Source of the DNA: Octopus vulgaris
Lineage: Eukaryota
Length of the DNA: 64,000 nucleotides
Direction of reading: 5' to 3'
Assembly: GCA_951406725.2 (NCBI GenBank)
Contig: OX597837.1
Span: forward strand, 7,998,001 to 8,062,000
The position numbers and the translations under genes are program-made. This document shows positions 13,790 through 28,459 of the stretch, piece by piece; position 1 is the stretch's first letter, and each line of letters opens with the position of its first letter. The notes beneath the pieces were generated by a model. That model searched no databases and was not told where the DNA came from. It saw only the letters and a program-made list of their open reading frames with translations.

Positions 13790-14165
13790 AATATTCTGCT
13801 CAATAAGGAAGTGTTATCATGTACATTGTTTTGTCTTGGTATAAAAGATGGGCTCCAGCAAATATTCTGCTCAATACCACAGATTTGCTTGTCAGTTGTT
13901 TGACCTTAAAACAGTTGGGCATGTCCCTTGGTGGCTGACGATATGTGCATCTCTGATCATGAGCAGAAATAGTGGGGGAGCATCATAGCCGTGTGTTGAG
14001 AGGGATTCTTTGGGGTTTGAATAATTCACGTCTGGAAACATGGGTGGTTCGTTCAACATCGTTAAACAATCCTTATTCAGGGACCTTTTGAGCGTGATGG
14101 GATATTTGACCTGAAGAAAATTCTAACTGGGCCCCACCTGCAAGGTCATGCACTGTTTATCTTGG
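13790..14165. repeat. Unclassified interspersed repeat
   Basis: 14004-14110 recurs nearly identically at 30220-30330. Confidence 0.7.
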
Positions 14166-14369
14166 AGCGGTGATGGTGAAGACACGAGTACATACAGTGT
14201 AATATACAAACCCGTGTACACGGACAAAGGGGAGACATACACATACCAGAGACATAGACACACTCACACACACACACACATACTGAGGGGCAGATGCAAG
14301 CGCATGCGCAGATAGGGATACATGCTACAGAAGACAACATAGACAAGGCCAGAAAGAGGCGGAGACACG

Positions 14370-14870
14370 AAGAATAGATGGGAGAAAGAGAGGGAAGGGA
14401 GGGAGAGACAAGGAGGAAGGAGGAAGGAGAGAGAGGGGAGGGGAGAGAGGGAAGGGGTATGGAGGGGAGGGGAGAAAGTGGGAGGGTAGAGAGTGTGGAG
14501 TGAGAGGGTGTGGTGTGGGGAGAGTGAGTGGGAGGTGAGAGAGAGAGAGGAAGGGAGAGAGAGAGGAGGGTAGACAGAGCTGGAGGGAAGAGAGGGAGAG
14601 GAAGAGAGGGAGTGGGAGAAAAGAAGAGGGAGGGAGAATGAGGGAAGAGATTCAGAGAGAGAAAGAGAGAAAGAGAGAGAGAGAAAGGTATACAAGAAGA
14701 ATGAGGGAAAGATATATTCAGGGCGAAAGAGTGAAAGAGCGAAAGATAGAGAAAGAGAGCGAGCGATAGAGCGAGAGAGAGTGTGTGAGTAAGAGAGAAA
14801 GAGAAAGAGAGGCCGAACAGAGAGAAAGAGAGAAGAAGAGAGAGACTTGTGACTTGAATAGAGACAGAGA
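14370..14870 (+). repeat. About 500-bp polypurine (GA/GGA) low-complexity tract
   Basis: Direct reading. Confidence 0.9.
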
Positions 14871-15520
14871 GACGACATGATTGATAGAGAATTAAATAAA
14901 TAGATAGATTTTTAGTGAAGAATACAGAAGAAAAGATCATAAAAAAAAAAGGAGAAAAACCCCCCAAAAACTGAAAACCAAGACAGAAGCAATCGTTGCG
15001 GTGTCTTGATGTCTTGATAACAAAATTTAATAATATAACCCGAACAAGTGTAACAAAAATTTTTCAAAAAATAAGAATTTTTACGAAACTATGGCGTCAT
15101 ATGTTACAGAAACATTATTGTCTTCTGCCAGAAACTTCTCTTTCTGAGAGAAGCAACATTGTGAGAAAATTCCAGAAAAAGAGGAAAGATGATAAAAAAT
15201 ATAGAAAATAATGAACAAAAATAAGAATATAAATAGAAACATCACTGGTTCTATGATTTGGTGTTTTGTTAGTTTTGTTAGTTTTGATTTTTCGCGTATC
15301 CTTTTAATTTGGAGCCTGAATGTCTCTGGCTTGTCTGAGGAATATCAGAGATGGAGAGAAGGAGAATTGGAAGAGGAAAAAGAAAGAGTTTCGGAATGGT
15401 CCAAAGTTTAGCATTGAAATTCCTAAACACATTACGTGGCATATTTGTCGTTGAACATATATAAGTATTTCTACGTATGTACGAACACACACACACACAC
15501 GTAAATATGCACACACATAC

Positions 15521-15618
<98 letters not shown>

Positions 15619-15728
15619 TATATTTTGTTCTAATAGACTCACTTTATTGCTTCTTGTAAACTTTCGGTCTTTCTTGATATTTATTTGTATGTCCATGCAT
15701 GCATCATGCCCCCCCGTCACACTTTATG

Positions 15729-15794
<66 letters not shown>

Positions 15795-16144
15795 TGTATG
15801 TATGTATGTATGTATGTATGTATGTATGTATGTATGTATGTATGTATGTATGTATGTATGTATGTATGTGTGTATGTATGTATGTATGAATATATGTATG
15901 CATGTATGTAAGTGCGCGCATTGTGTATACATATGTACAGATAAGATCTGGCATGAATAACATTGCTTACGCGAATCGTTTCGCTGAAATTCATGTTTTA
16001 CACAATATTTATATACATGTATGTACATTATATATATATATATATATTTATGTATGTATGTACGTATGTGTGTGTGTGAGTGTGTGTGTATGCAAGTATG
16101 CATGTATGTATATGTGTGTTTATATCTCTTTGTACCTCTATCGG

Positions 16145-16182
<38 letters not shown>

Positions 16183-16194
16183 TATATATACATT

Positions 16195-16242
<48 letters not shown>

Positions 16243-16724
16243 CGTGTGCATGCATACATACATACATGCATATATACATATACACATATATATATATATA
16301 TATATATATGTGTGTATATATATGCATATATATGAATATGTACATATGTTTACATATACACACACACATATATATAAATATATATATATAGAGAGAGAGG
16401 GAGAAAGAGAGAGAGAAGGAAAGGGATAGGGAGGGAGAGAGAGAGAATCATGTATGATCGCTCATGACATGTTCTACAGATACAAGATAAGGGTCCGCCA
16501 AACTTCACGATCTACGATGTTACGCTTCCTCTGTTGGCGTCATCGATCCTAACTGAATCGAATAACAACTAGAATCAGCCAGAATCGAATTCTCTCAATA
16601 GAGATAACGTAACGATACCTTTCGAAGTATTGCCTACCTTAGCTTGTATCCCTTACCTTGTTTTTGCGAACATTTCGACGTGGTTTTACTCTGTGTATAT
16701 CATTTTACCTTCTATATTTTTTTA

Positions 16725-16785
16725 GACTGCGGCCATGCTGGGGCACCACCTTTAAGAATTATCTGTTATGAAGCAGTAATGAAGG

Positions 16786-16822
<37 letters not shown>

Positions 16823-16980
16823 CGATGGGCTTCTTTCAGTTTCCGTCTACCAAATCCATTCACATGGCTTCCGTCGGCCCGAGACAATAGTAGAAGACAT
16901 TTGCCCAAGGTGCTCCGCAGTGGGACTGAACCCGGAACCATGTGGTTGGTAAGCAAGTTATTTACCACATAGCCACTCCT
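16725..16980 (-). mobile_element. SINE family A, internally deleted
   Basis: Tail piece gactgcggccatgctggggcacc and head ...cagtgggactgaacccggaacc...agccactcct. Confidence 0.8.
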
Positions 16981-16986
16981 GTATAG

Positions 16987-17284
<298 letters not shown>

Positions 17285-17609
17285 TATATACACGATGGGC
17301 TTCTTTAAGTTTCCGACTCTCGAATCCAATCAGAAAGCCTCTGTCGGCCCGAGGCTACAGTAAAAGGCACCGGCGGGACTGAACCCGGAAACGCGCGGTT
17401 TGGAAGCTTGCTTCTTATCACACAACAAAACTATTTTCTTTCATATCTAGGTTTCGAAGCATTTATTGTTCTGAGCAGGAAACAGAGTGTCCATTGCCGC
17501 AGAAGTCCGAGAGAGTGTCTTTTGCCGACGCTCCTCCATCATATAAAAAAATGGTAAATTCTTTTAGCCGCATCCCATCCTTGCATCAGTTGAAAATTTA
17601 ACAACTATA

Positions 17610-18026
17610 GGCGCAGGAGTGGCTGTGTGGTAAGTAGCTTGCTAACCAACCACATGGTTCCGGGTTCAGTCCCACTGCGTGGCATCTTGAGCAAGTGTCT
17701 TCTGCTATAGCCCCGCGCCGACCAAAGACTTGTGAGTGGATTTGGTAGACGGAAACTGAAAGAAGCCTGTCGTATATATGTATATATATATGTGTGTGTA
17801 TGTGTGTGTGTTTGTGAGTCTGTGTTTGTCCCCCTAGCATTGCTTGACAACCGATGCTGGTGTGTTTACGTCCCCGTCACTTAGCGGTTCGGCAAAAGAG
17901 AGACCGATAGAATAAGTACTGGGCTTACAAAGAATAAGTCTTGAGGTCGAGTTGCTGGATTAAAGGCGGTGCTCCAGCATGGCCGCAGTCAAATGACTGA
18001 AACAAGTAAAAGAGTAAAAGAGTAAA
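17610..18026 (+). mobile_element. SINE family A, full length
   Basis: ggcgcaggagtggctgtgtgg (A box) through the gtaaaaga tail repeats. Confidence 0.92.
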
Positions 18027-18549
18027 CCCATCTGTTTCACCTCAGTGTGAATATTTCCAAGAATAATCCTTTGATTGGCAGCAGAGAAATGATGGTCTGT
18101 ATTTGTGTGTTTTGCTTTTGTAGAATTTATCGAATAAGCATTGGATTTTTTGTCAAAGAAATGACAGCGAATTTATTGCCAAAATAAATAGAAATCTAAG
18201 ACAGACAGAGAGTCTTCTTGGGAAAATGCTCTTCGCAGTTTCTGTAGAAAAATGAGAGACAAGAACCGTTCCGCTTTCAGTTGGAAGTGTAAGGAATTGG
18301 TTGATGTGTGTCTATGATAAGTACGCGCGCGCGCGTGTGTGCGTGTGTGAGTGTGCATATGTTTGTACGTGTGTGTGTGTGTATGTGTTTGTGTGCGTGT
18401 GTATATGTGTGTGTGCATGGGTGTTTGTGTGCACGTGTTTGCATGTATGTGTGTGCATGTGTGCATGTGATGGGTATGCATGTGTGTGTGTATGTGTGTG
18501 TGCATTTGTATTTGTGTTTGCGTTTGTGTATATATGCATATATATATAT

Positions 18550-18592
<43 letters not shown>

Positions 18593-18770
18593 TACATACG
18601 ACGGGCTTCTTTCAGTTTCCGTTTATCAAATCCATTCACAAAGATTTACCCTGCCCGGAGCTAGAGCTTAAGGCACTTGTCCAAGGTGCCACACATGTAT
18701 ATATACCTTTTATTTTTAATTTTAAACACATGCATACATACATGCATACATACATAATATACATACATAC

Positions 18771-18820
<50 letters not shown>

Positions 18821-18878
18821 TATACGTGTTTGTGTATATGTGTGCATGTATGTATTTGTTCATTTGTGTGGTTGCCTG

Positions 18879-18928
<50 letters not shown>

Positions 18929-19169
18929 CATATGTGTATGTGTGTACGTGTGTGTATGATCCGAAAATTTGCATTATTATTCTCTCGCACATGACTATTT
19001 TTTTTTATATATTCACACGCATTGTTTTGTTTAGAAATTGAGAACATGGATCGGGTTATCAACCATTGGCTCAGAGATAATACATTTAATTCATAAACAC
19101 ATACACACATATATAAGTATGTATATACGTATATATACATACATATACATATACATATACATATATATA

Positions 19170-19226
<57 letters not shown>

Positions 19227-19235
19227 GTATATATG

Positions 19236-19339
<104 letters not shown>

Positions 19340-19352
19340 CATATATATATGC

Positions 19353-19397
<45 letters not shown>

Positions 19398-19664
19398 GAA
19401 CGTATGTGTGTATGCTTATACATGGAAATATGCATGGTATTGTAAACGGACAATGCGCACACAAGCTAACGCCCACAAATATCCTACACACATACTCGTA
19501 TATAGCATGCATATACACATCTACAATCTCAGCAATTTTAATTATTCTGACGTTTTTAATTGTTGTGTATTTAAGCACAACTTTTCTTTTGTCAATCTGT
19601 TGATTCCCCCCCATTTGTATCTTCCTTTTATAATAATTACAACAACAACAACCACAACAACAAC

Positions 19665-19698
<34 letters not shown>

Positions 19699-20015
19699 GT
19701 AGTAGTAGTAGCAGTAGTAGCAGTAATAATAATAATAATAATAATGATAATAATCATTAATAATAATAATAATAATAATCTTCCGCCTTCTTCCTCCTAC
19801 TTCTTCCTTTTCCTCCTCCTCCTCCTCTTCCTCCTCCTCCTCCTTTTCCCCCTTCTTTTCCCCTCCTTCTTTTCCTCCCCCTTCTCCTCCTTTTCTTCCT
19901 CCTCCTTTTGCTCCTCGTCCTTCATTTCATCCTCCTCCTCCTTCTCCATGTCCTCCTCCCATTCTCCCCCTCGCCATAATAATGATGATGATGATGATGA
20001 TGATAATGACGATGA

Positions 20016-20106
<91 letters not shown>

Positions 20107-20110
20107 GTTG

Positions 20111-20165
<55 letters not shown>

Positions 20166-20517
20166 GCTGCAAACAAAACGGTCTGAAATCTCATTACACG
20201 AGCTTCGTTTTTACGGCTTCGTCACGTGTATGTCTCATTGATAATACACATCAATCAGTCTAGCACTTCCGGTTTCATATGATGTTTGACGCAGCTCTCA
20301 AAAAACGACCGGAAGTTTACACTACATTCGTTTTTTTTCATCTCCGCCGCTCTAGAGTTTTCTGATAATATGCCTTGGAGCATATTCATCAGAAGCCTTC
20401 TTACGTGGTCGTACGACGCGCTAGAAATACCAGGTTCTAACCAAAAGTTCTCTGCATTTGCAGAAAAATTCTTTGATAGAAAAAGAGAAAATGAAGGCGA
20501 CATTTTAACCCTGATTG

Positions 20518-20906
20518 ACGAGCTGGCAGAATCGTTAGCACGCCGGTCGAAATGCTTGGCTTATTTCGCCTGCCGTTACGTTCGGAGTTCAAATCCCGCC
20601 GAAGTCGATTTTGCCTTTCATCCTTTCGGGGTCAATAAATTAAGTACCAGTTACGCACTGGGGTCGATGTAATCGACTTAATCCGTTTGTCTGTCCTTGT
20701 TTGTCCCCTTTGTGTTTAGCCCCTTGTGTGTAGTAAAGAAATAGGTATTTCGTCCACCGCTGCGTTCTGAGTTCAAATTCTACCGAGGTCGACTTCGCCT
20801 TCCATCTTTCGGGATCGATAAAATAAGTCCCAGTTGATTACTGGTATCGATGTAATCCACTATCTCCCTCCCCCAAATGTCAAGTCTTGTGTTTATAGTA
20901 GAAAGA
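20518..20906 (+). mobile_element. SINE family B with duplicated body
   Basis: cgagctggcagaatcgttagcac...; two gagttcaaat B boxes. Confidence 0.85.
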
Positions 20907-21049
20907 ACCATCAATATTATTTCTTAATCCTATTCAGTCAAGCATCAACATCTTCGGTAATCAAGCTGAACCTAGCGTTGATTCATATATTTATATTTTT
21001 ATAAACGAGCAAAACGCCCCCCGTCCAATGGACGTGCTGAGTTGTCAAA

Positions 21050-21532
21050 CATTTAAACCAAATTTTCTCAAAACAACTTGTCCCACCGTTCCATAGGCCT
21101 CCCCTTTGAGAAACACTGATTTTACCTAAATTTGAGACACCAGCAAAAGAAGAAATAAAGATAGACCTTTATTCACTTTATCGATCAAATTTTGTTTAGG
21201 GTCCATTCAAGTAGTGAGTTCTTGTTGAGTGAGTTGAATCCATGTATGGGTGGCTTATCCGGTATTCCTTGAAGAAATCTGTCCAGACTCCGTTTAAAGG
21301 TGATGAGATCCTTTTCCTCTTTAATCAGTTTTGGGACAGTGTTAAACAGGGCAGGACCTGCTCAGGATAAGAAATTATGTCGCAGTGTACCTATATGCTG
21401 TGATCCTGAATTGGGCAGGCGACGTAGGACCCGTAGTCCCCGGCTTGGATAAACCTTGAAACTAATGTTCAGGTCGTTTCGGCAATGCTGGCGGTATGTT
21501 CTCCATGTCGTACAAATGATGTATCACTCGCG

Positions 21533-21535
<3 letters not shown>
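21050..21535 (-). mobile_element. 3' fragment of a CR1-like LINE
   Basis: Minus strand RRE*YII...GPALFNTVPKLIKEEKDLITFKRSLDRFLQGIPDKPPIHGFNSLNKNSLLEW; the left boundary is approximate. Confidence 0.8.
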
Positions 21536-21589
<54 letters not shown>

Positions 21590-21594
<5 letters not shown>

Positions 21595-21743
21595 CAGCAA
21601 AATTTAGATGGAAGACTTCTATAAATCGCTGAAGATTGCTCAACATTTTAAAACTGATGTAATACTTACAATGTTTAATAAAATGAAGTAGCTTGAAACG
21701 ATTGTACCAAATTACCTAGTATATACTTGTTGCTTATTTTGAT

Positions 21744-21744
<1 letters not shown>
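21590..21744 (+). mobile_element. Family P2 copy with degraded hammerhead stems
   Basis: Homologous to 7839-8016; CUGAAGA at 21629, GAAACGAUUGUA CCAAA at 21695-21711; (TA)n on both sides. Confidence 0.75.
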
Positions 21745-21777
<33 letters not shown>

Positions 21778-21898
21778 CATACACACGCACACACACACAC
21801 ACACACGCACACACACACACATATATATATACAGCTTTTAGGGAAAATTATAGTTCTCACATACATTCCTAGAAATAAGAGCTAAATCGTTCTAATGC

Positions 21899-21976
<78 letters not shown>

Positions 21977-22330
21977 ATGGTTCCGGGTTCAGTTCCACTG
22001 CGTGGCACCTTGGGCAAGTGTCTTCTACTATAGCCTCGGGCCGATCAAAGCCTTGTAAGTGGATTTGGTAGACGGAAACTGAAAGAAGCCCGTCGTATAT
22101 ATGTATATATATATGTGTGTGTGTATATGTTTGTGTGTCTGTGTTTGTCCCCCTAACATTGTTTGATAACCGATGCTGGTGTGTTTATGTCCCCGTTACT
22201 TAGCAGTTCGGCAAAGGAGTCCGACAGAATAAGTACTGGGCTTACAAAAAGAATAAGTCCCGGGGTCGAGTTGCTCGATTAAAAGGCGGTGCTCCAGCAT
22301 GGCCGCAGTCAAAATGACTGAAACAAGGAA
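21977..22330 (+). mobile_element. SINE family A, 5' truncated
   Basis: Matches 17610-18026. Confidence 0.9.
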
Positions 22331-22493
22331 AAAGAAAGAAAAAGAAAAAGAATATACATTCACACCACGGATTTCCGCGCAGTCTCCCTGTAGCATGGAG
22401 GAATACTCGGCCAAGAGTCGTTTTGGTGCTGAACAGCGAAAAAACAACAACACCAATTATACAGTGACAATATTTCTCTCCAAAAATTAATTC

Positions 22494-22508
22494 GGCGCCC
22501 TCTATTGA
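22494..22508 (-). promoter_or_regulatory. CTCF-like motif
   Basis: Minus strand TCAATAGAGGGCGCC versus consensus CCASYAGRKGGCRS. Confidence 0.4.
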
Positions 22509-23132
22509 CAAATAGCTGCACTACATTGAATCATTGAAAGATCACGCACGTGATGCGAAGGCATTATCTTTTTGTACTGGTGATGGTGGTGATAGTGGTG
22601 GTGGTGGTGGTGGTACTAGTGCACTTAAGGATGGCGCCGGGACGGACAGAGAATATATGATGGTGGTGGTGGTGGTAGCGATGGTGGTGGTGGTAGTAAT
22701 GATAGTAGTGGTGGTGGTAGTAGTGATGGTGGTAGTGATGGTGATGGTGGTGCTGGTGGTGCTAGTAGTGATGGTTTTGCTGGTGGGGATGGTGGTAGTG
22801 ATGGAGGTGGTGATGGTAGTGGTGGTGGTAGTGATGGTGGTGGTGGTAGTGATGGTGGTAGTGATGATGTTAGTGGTAGTAGTGGTGCTATTAGTGATGG
22901 TGGTGGTGATAGAGATGGTGGTATTGGTGTTGTGGTAGTGGTATTGATGGTGGTAGTGATGGTGTTGTTTGTAATTGTGATGGTTTGTGTGGTGGTATTT
23001 GTGGTGGCCGAATTATTTTTCTCTTATTGCATCTGTAGTTGCTGCTGCTGCTACTGCTGCTGCTGTAGTTGTTGTTGTTATTGTTGTTGATGTTGCTCTT
23101 TCCTCATGCCTCTCGCGGGGTGGACACTGCCA

Positions 23133-23147
23133 GCAGTAGATGGCGCT
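23133..23147 (+). promoter_or_regulatory. CTCF-like motif
   Basis: GCAGTAGATGGCGCT versus consensus CCASYAGRKGGCRS. Confidence 0.45.
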
Positions 23148-23640
23148 GTCGACAGTGGCTCCCTCTATCATTCGCTAAATGAATTAGCAAATGAAAACCT
23201 GTTCTGCTTTTACACATCATTAATCACAAATCAAAATGTGGTGGCGGCGGAGGCCGAGTCGACGGTGGGTGGGGGGAAATGGTAGAGGGTGGGGGTCCGG
23301 GGTGGAATGTGTTGGTGGTGGTGGTGGTGGTGGGGGCAGTGGTTCAGTGTTAGTGTGTTGGGAGTAGGTTGAGTAATATAAAGTGCAATATAGTTCATTT
23401 TCTTGTTGCTGCTGCGGCTGTTGTTGCTGTTGTTGTTGTTGGTGGTGGTGGTTGTGCAGGAGGGGGTGGCACGTGTGAAGAGGATGTGTGTGGGGTGGTG
23501 ATGGTGTCGGTCGGTAAACCTCAATCTGGCAATGAATGGCGGCGTCAGTTTAACAAGCTGGTCGACATACTGTTTCTTTACGCCAACACACGCAAACATA
23601 CACACACACACACATACACACACACAAGCACACAACATAT

Positions 23641-23676
<36 letters not shown>

Positions 23677-23951
23677 CACAACATAAGCACACACACTCAT
23701 ACGACATATATATGTATTCATGTATATATATATTTATGCGTATGTGTATCTGTGTATATATACACATAACATGGGTGCATATCTCTCTGTCTATCTACAC
23801 ACACACACACACACATACACACACACACTCACACGTAAAGTCCGTATGTGTCTCTGTGCATGTATGTATGCATGTTTGCATCCATGTATACATATATAAA
23901 TTTATATATGTATATATACATATATATATGTATATATATATATTTATATAA

Positions 23952-23999
<48 letters not shown>

Positions 24000-24020
24000 T
24001 TATATAAATATATATATATG

Positions 24021-24053
<33 letters not shown>

Positions 24054-24486
24054 GTATGCATATATATATAGATGTGTGTGTGTATATTATACGTAACTAC
24101 CAAAAGATTACAATGACTGCTCAATCCCGCATTGGTGAATATATATATATATATACATACACACATACTCATATATGTGTACATATCTATGTATCTATCA
24201 ATCTATCTATCTATCTGTTTATCTGTCTGTCTGTCTGTCTGTTTATCTATCTAGAAGCGCGCACGCACACGCACCTATCTAATCAATGGTTATTGATTTT
24301 TCGATGGTTGAGGTTTATTGAGGATATTTACCTTGGAATTCACTTGTAAATGTCTGTCTGTATGCGTGTACGTATGTATGTGTGTGTATGTGTGTATGCG
24401 TGTATGTATGTATGTATGTATGTATTTATGTATATATGTATGTATGTATGTAATATGTGTGTGCGTGCTTGCGTTTTCTGCCCATC

Positions 24487-24547
<61 letters not shown>

Positions 24548-24699
24548 GTACGTATGTATGTGTGCATGTATGTCTGTCAGTCGGTGTGCATATCCGTGTG
24601 TGTGTGTATGTGTGTGTGTACAAAGTATATGTGTTCGGGTGCATTTGCCGGAGAGATAGCGCGAAAGAGAGAAAGAAAGGGGAAAGGAGAATGAGAGAA

Positions 24700-24733
<34 letters not shown>

Positions 24734-25621
24734 GTGGGAGTGAAAGAAAGAGGGTAAGCGAGAAGGCCTGTAATGAATGAGCGTGGTCGGGACAGACTTT
24801 TGCATGTGTGCACACAAACGTAGATGAATACACACACACACATACACAGACGCCCATATACATACATACATATACACACGCCCATATACATACATGCATA
24901 CATGAATATATACATAGTCCATACATTGATACATGCATACATGCACACAAGCATACATACATGAATATATACATACGTGCATACATGCACACATGCATAC
25001 ATGCACACATGCGTACATACATGAATATATACATACGTGCATACATGCACGCATGCATACATGCACGCATGCATACATGCACACATGCGTACATACATGA
25101 ATATATACATAGTCCATACATAGATACATGCACTCATGCACGCATGCATACAAACATGAATATATACATACGTGCATACATAGATATATGCATTCATGCA
25201 CGCATGCTTACATACTTGAATATATACATACGTGCATACATAGATACACACACACACACACTCACACACACACACACACACTCACACACACACACACACA
25301 CTGTCTCACACACAAACACACACACACACATAAATTTTAAAGCGATTTCATCTCATCGGACTGTTTAACAATGAACTTTGCTATAAGAGCAGCCATTTAT
25401 TGGTATTACGTCATAGAACCTGTGGCGACATCTGGAAATGAATGTACTCGCTGTAATATCCTGCATGTAAGCATGTATGTATTTATACATGCATGAATGA
25501 ATGCATGTATGCATGTATGTATATATGCATGCATGAATGTATGTATATATGAATGTATGGTTGTATACATTTATGTATTTGTATATATCTATCTTCTTAT
25601 CTATATGCATATATATATGTA

Positions 25622-25693
<72 letters not shown>

Positions 25694-25699
<6 letters not shown>

Positions 25700-26232
25700 T
25701 TGGACAAAATAATGGAAACACCTAGCATCATAGCATCATAATTTTGAAATACCTATAAAACCGTCAAAAGCTTGTTTATTTTTATGTTTTTGAATTATTA
25801 TTAGTGTTGCTTAATATGTTTTATTAAAATTGCTGTTTCTTTTCAGATATCATCAGAAAAAGGTAATTAAATTCATTAAAATGACAGATCTATTGGACTT
25901 TCAAAGAGGTCAAATTGTTGGTGCTCGTATGGCAGACGCTAGCGTAATGAAAAACAGCCGAAATGTTTGGTGTATCAAGAAGTTATTGTCTCGAAAGTGA
26001 TGACAGTCTTTGAGAAAGAGGGAAAATCCTTCTCGTCGAAACAAAACTCCGGGGAAAAAAAACCCCAAGCTTTCAGATAGGGACCGTCGGACTCTTACGC
26101 GAATTGTTAGAAAAGATCACAAATGAACAGCTCCCAAAATTACTGCAGAGATTAATGACCACCTCGAGATCCCAGTTTCCACTAAAACTGTTCTCCAGAA
26201 GTTGCACAAAGCCGGATTTCACGGGAGGGCTT
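25694..26232 (+). pseudogene. Tc1-family transposon 5' fragment (TIR plus transposase HTH region)
   Basis: TIR-like agggtttggacaaaataatggaaacacc; from 25881 MTDLLDFQRGQIVGARMA...KLSDRDRRTLTRIVRKDHK*TAPKITAEIN...VSTKTV...LHKAGFHGRA with frameshifts. Confidence 0.88.
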
Positions 26233-27109
26233 CAAGAGGCATGTTCTTTACTGTCATCTTTTATTTACAATGGTAGCTTCCATTTGTTTCTACATCGTGT
26301 GTCTTGGGAGACATACATATATGTATGTGTATATATGTGTGAGTGTGTGTGTGTATAAATATAAATACAGACATACACACATATACATATATAAAATGAA
26401 AGAAGAGAGAAAGGGATATATTTATAGGTGGAATGGTAGAATATATATGCACATATATATATGTATATAAACATATGTATATACACGCATATACATGTAC
26501 ATATATATACGTATATATATATGTATATATATATATATACAGATACATATAAATATAGATAAATAAATAAATAGACAGACGGACAGACATAGGTAGATAG
26601 ATTGTTAGATGCATTTATACAGCCAAGAGTCGTTTGTGGTTGGCAAAACTCCATTTACGCAAAACATATACCAAGAGTAAGACCTTTAACCGAAATTATA
26701 TTAAAATCAGTTTTTTAAACCACTGAGGATTAACAACTTGGAAGTTAAGCAATTTCTGATTCCACTACAAAAGTTTATAAGACCAATACATAACTTATTC
26801 TTTAAATGGTAATTGTTTAACAAAGTCTAATGTATATTGCACAAAGATGTCTATAGGAAACTACTGAACCGTCAAAAATTATTTAGCTGTAACGGTGATA
26901 ACGGCAACCCCTTTCAAAATGCGTTACTACCAACAATCTACAACTTTAACCAGAATCTGAGCCTTAACTTCGTCCAGGTCTATTTGGAATATGAAAACAA
27001 AAGCCCCAGGAATTTTAACGTTTCTCATAAAATACGGAATTATTAAGTTTACAAAGATCTGCAAACTACGGAAGAATCAATTGCTACGTTTTTAACAGAT
27101 TTTTAATCT

Positions 27110-27280
27110 TTGTCTTTTACTTGTTTCAGTTATTATACTATGGCCATACTGGGGCATCGCTTTGACGAGGTGAATCGAACAAATCGACCCCAGTGCTATT
27201 TTGTGAAGTCTGGTATTAGTTCTATCGGTCACTTTCTTCCAAACTGCTAAGTTATAAACAAACCCAGTTGTCAATCTGTG
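27110..27280 (-). mobile_element. SINE family A, old 3' fragment
   Basis: cttttacttgtttcagtt...tggccatactggggcatcgc. Confidence 0.65.
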
Positions 27281-27375
27281 GTGGAGACTCCTGCCTGCCT
27301 ACCTATATAAATATAAATATGAATATATATATGTATATATGTATAAATATTTTATAGACACACACACACACACAG

Positions 27376-27406
<31 letters not shown>

Positions 27407-28017
27407 TTATAGTCCCTGTCAGTATACATGTATACAACTATGTTCTTTATCTACAGCATTAGAGCTTTTTAGCTCTTATTTCTAGCAATGTAGGTATTTC
27501 TAACAGCCTAGTCATATTCAGCGGCATTTATAGTTTTCCTTTTTGGTAACACATTGCGCATAGCTGTCTATATTATATATTTATCACGGTATCACGGTAT
27601 CGAGCAGACTAACGGATGTTGTCATACATCGCTGATCAAAATGCAAAGAATGGAAAGTAAATATATCAACGATATCCTATAAGCTTTTTGATATCTCTGT
27701 TACACAGCTTCCTTGCTAAAAAGCAGTCGAAGTCGCTGGTTTATTTGGATAATGGTTTTCGATTCAGGCACAGGGTCCGTTCTTTTGAGAGGAAAGTACT
27801 TGACTGCGACACTATTTCATCGATTTTGAAAGAATGGATATATATTAACGACAGGGGCAGAATTAATACCGAGAGATAACTAGGGGGAAAGAAACATATC
27901 TGAAGCTGGTCCTCAGTGGAGAAACCCCAGTATTAAGGCTGAAGGTTCCCATTACAGACCCTCCTCTTATAAAATAATAAAGTTCCTGCAAATAAAAAAT
28001 AATAATGTTCCTTTATA

Positions 28018-28182
28018 GGCGCAGAAGGGACTGTGTGGTAAGTAGCTTGCTTACAAACCACATGGTTCCGGGTTCAGTCCCACTGCGTGGCACCTTGGGA
28101 AAGTGTCTTCTACTATAGCCTCGGGCCGACCAAAGCCTTGTGAGTGGATTTGGTAGATGGAAACTGAAAGACGCCCGTCGTA

Positions 28183-28234
<52 letters not shown>

Positions 28235-28442
28235 TGTGTATCTATGTTTGTCCCCCTCAACATCGCTTGACAACCGATGCTGGTGTGCTTACGTCTACGT
28301 AACTTAGCAGTTCGACAAAAGAGACCGATAGTATAAGTACTAGGCTTACAAAGAATAAGTCCTGGGGTCGATTTGCTCGACTAAAGGCGGTGCTCCAGCA
28401 TGACCACAGTCAAATGATCGAAACAAGTAAAAGAGTAAAAGA
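28018..28442 (+). mobile_element. SINE family A, full length
   Basis: Matches 17610-18026. Confidence 0.92.
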
Positions 28443-28459
28443 GAGAGTAATGAGTTTAC

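Noticed and set aside
20266-20318. Two ETS motifs (acttccggt, accggaagt) suggesting a promoter
   Set aside because: Only two short motifs, with no supporting CpG island or exon.
24880-25250. ~60-bp periodic repeat resembling a CRISPR-like or coding repeat
   Set aside because: Built from degenerate (ATAC/GCAT) microsatellite with no unique spacers; an ordinary minisatellite.
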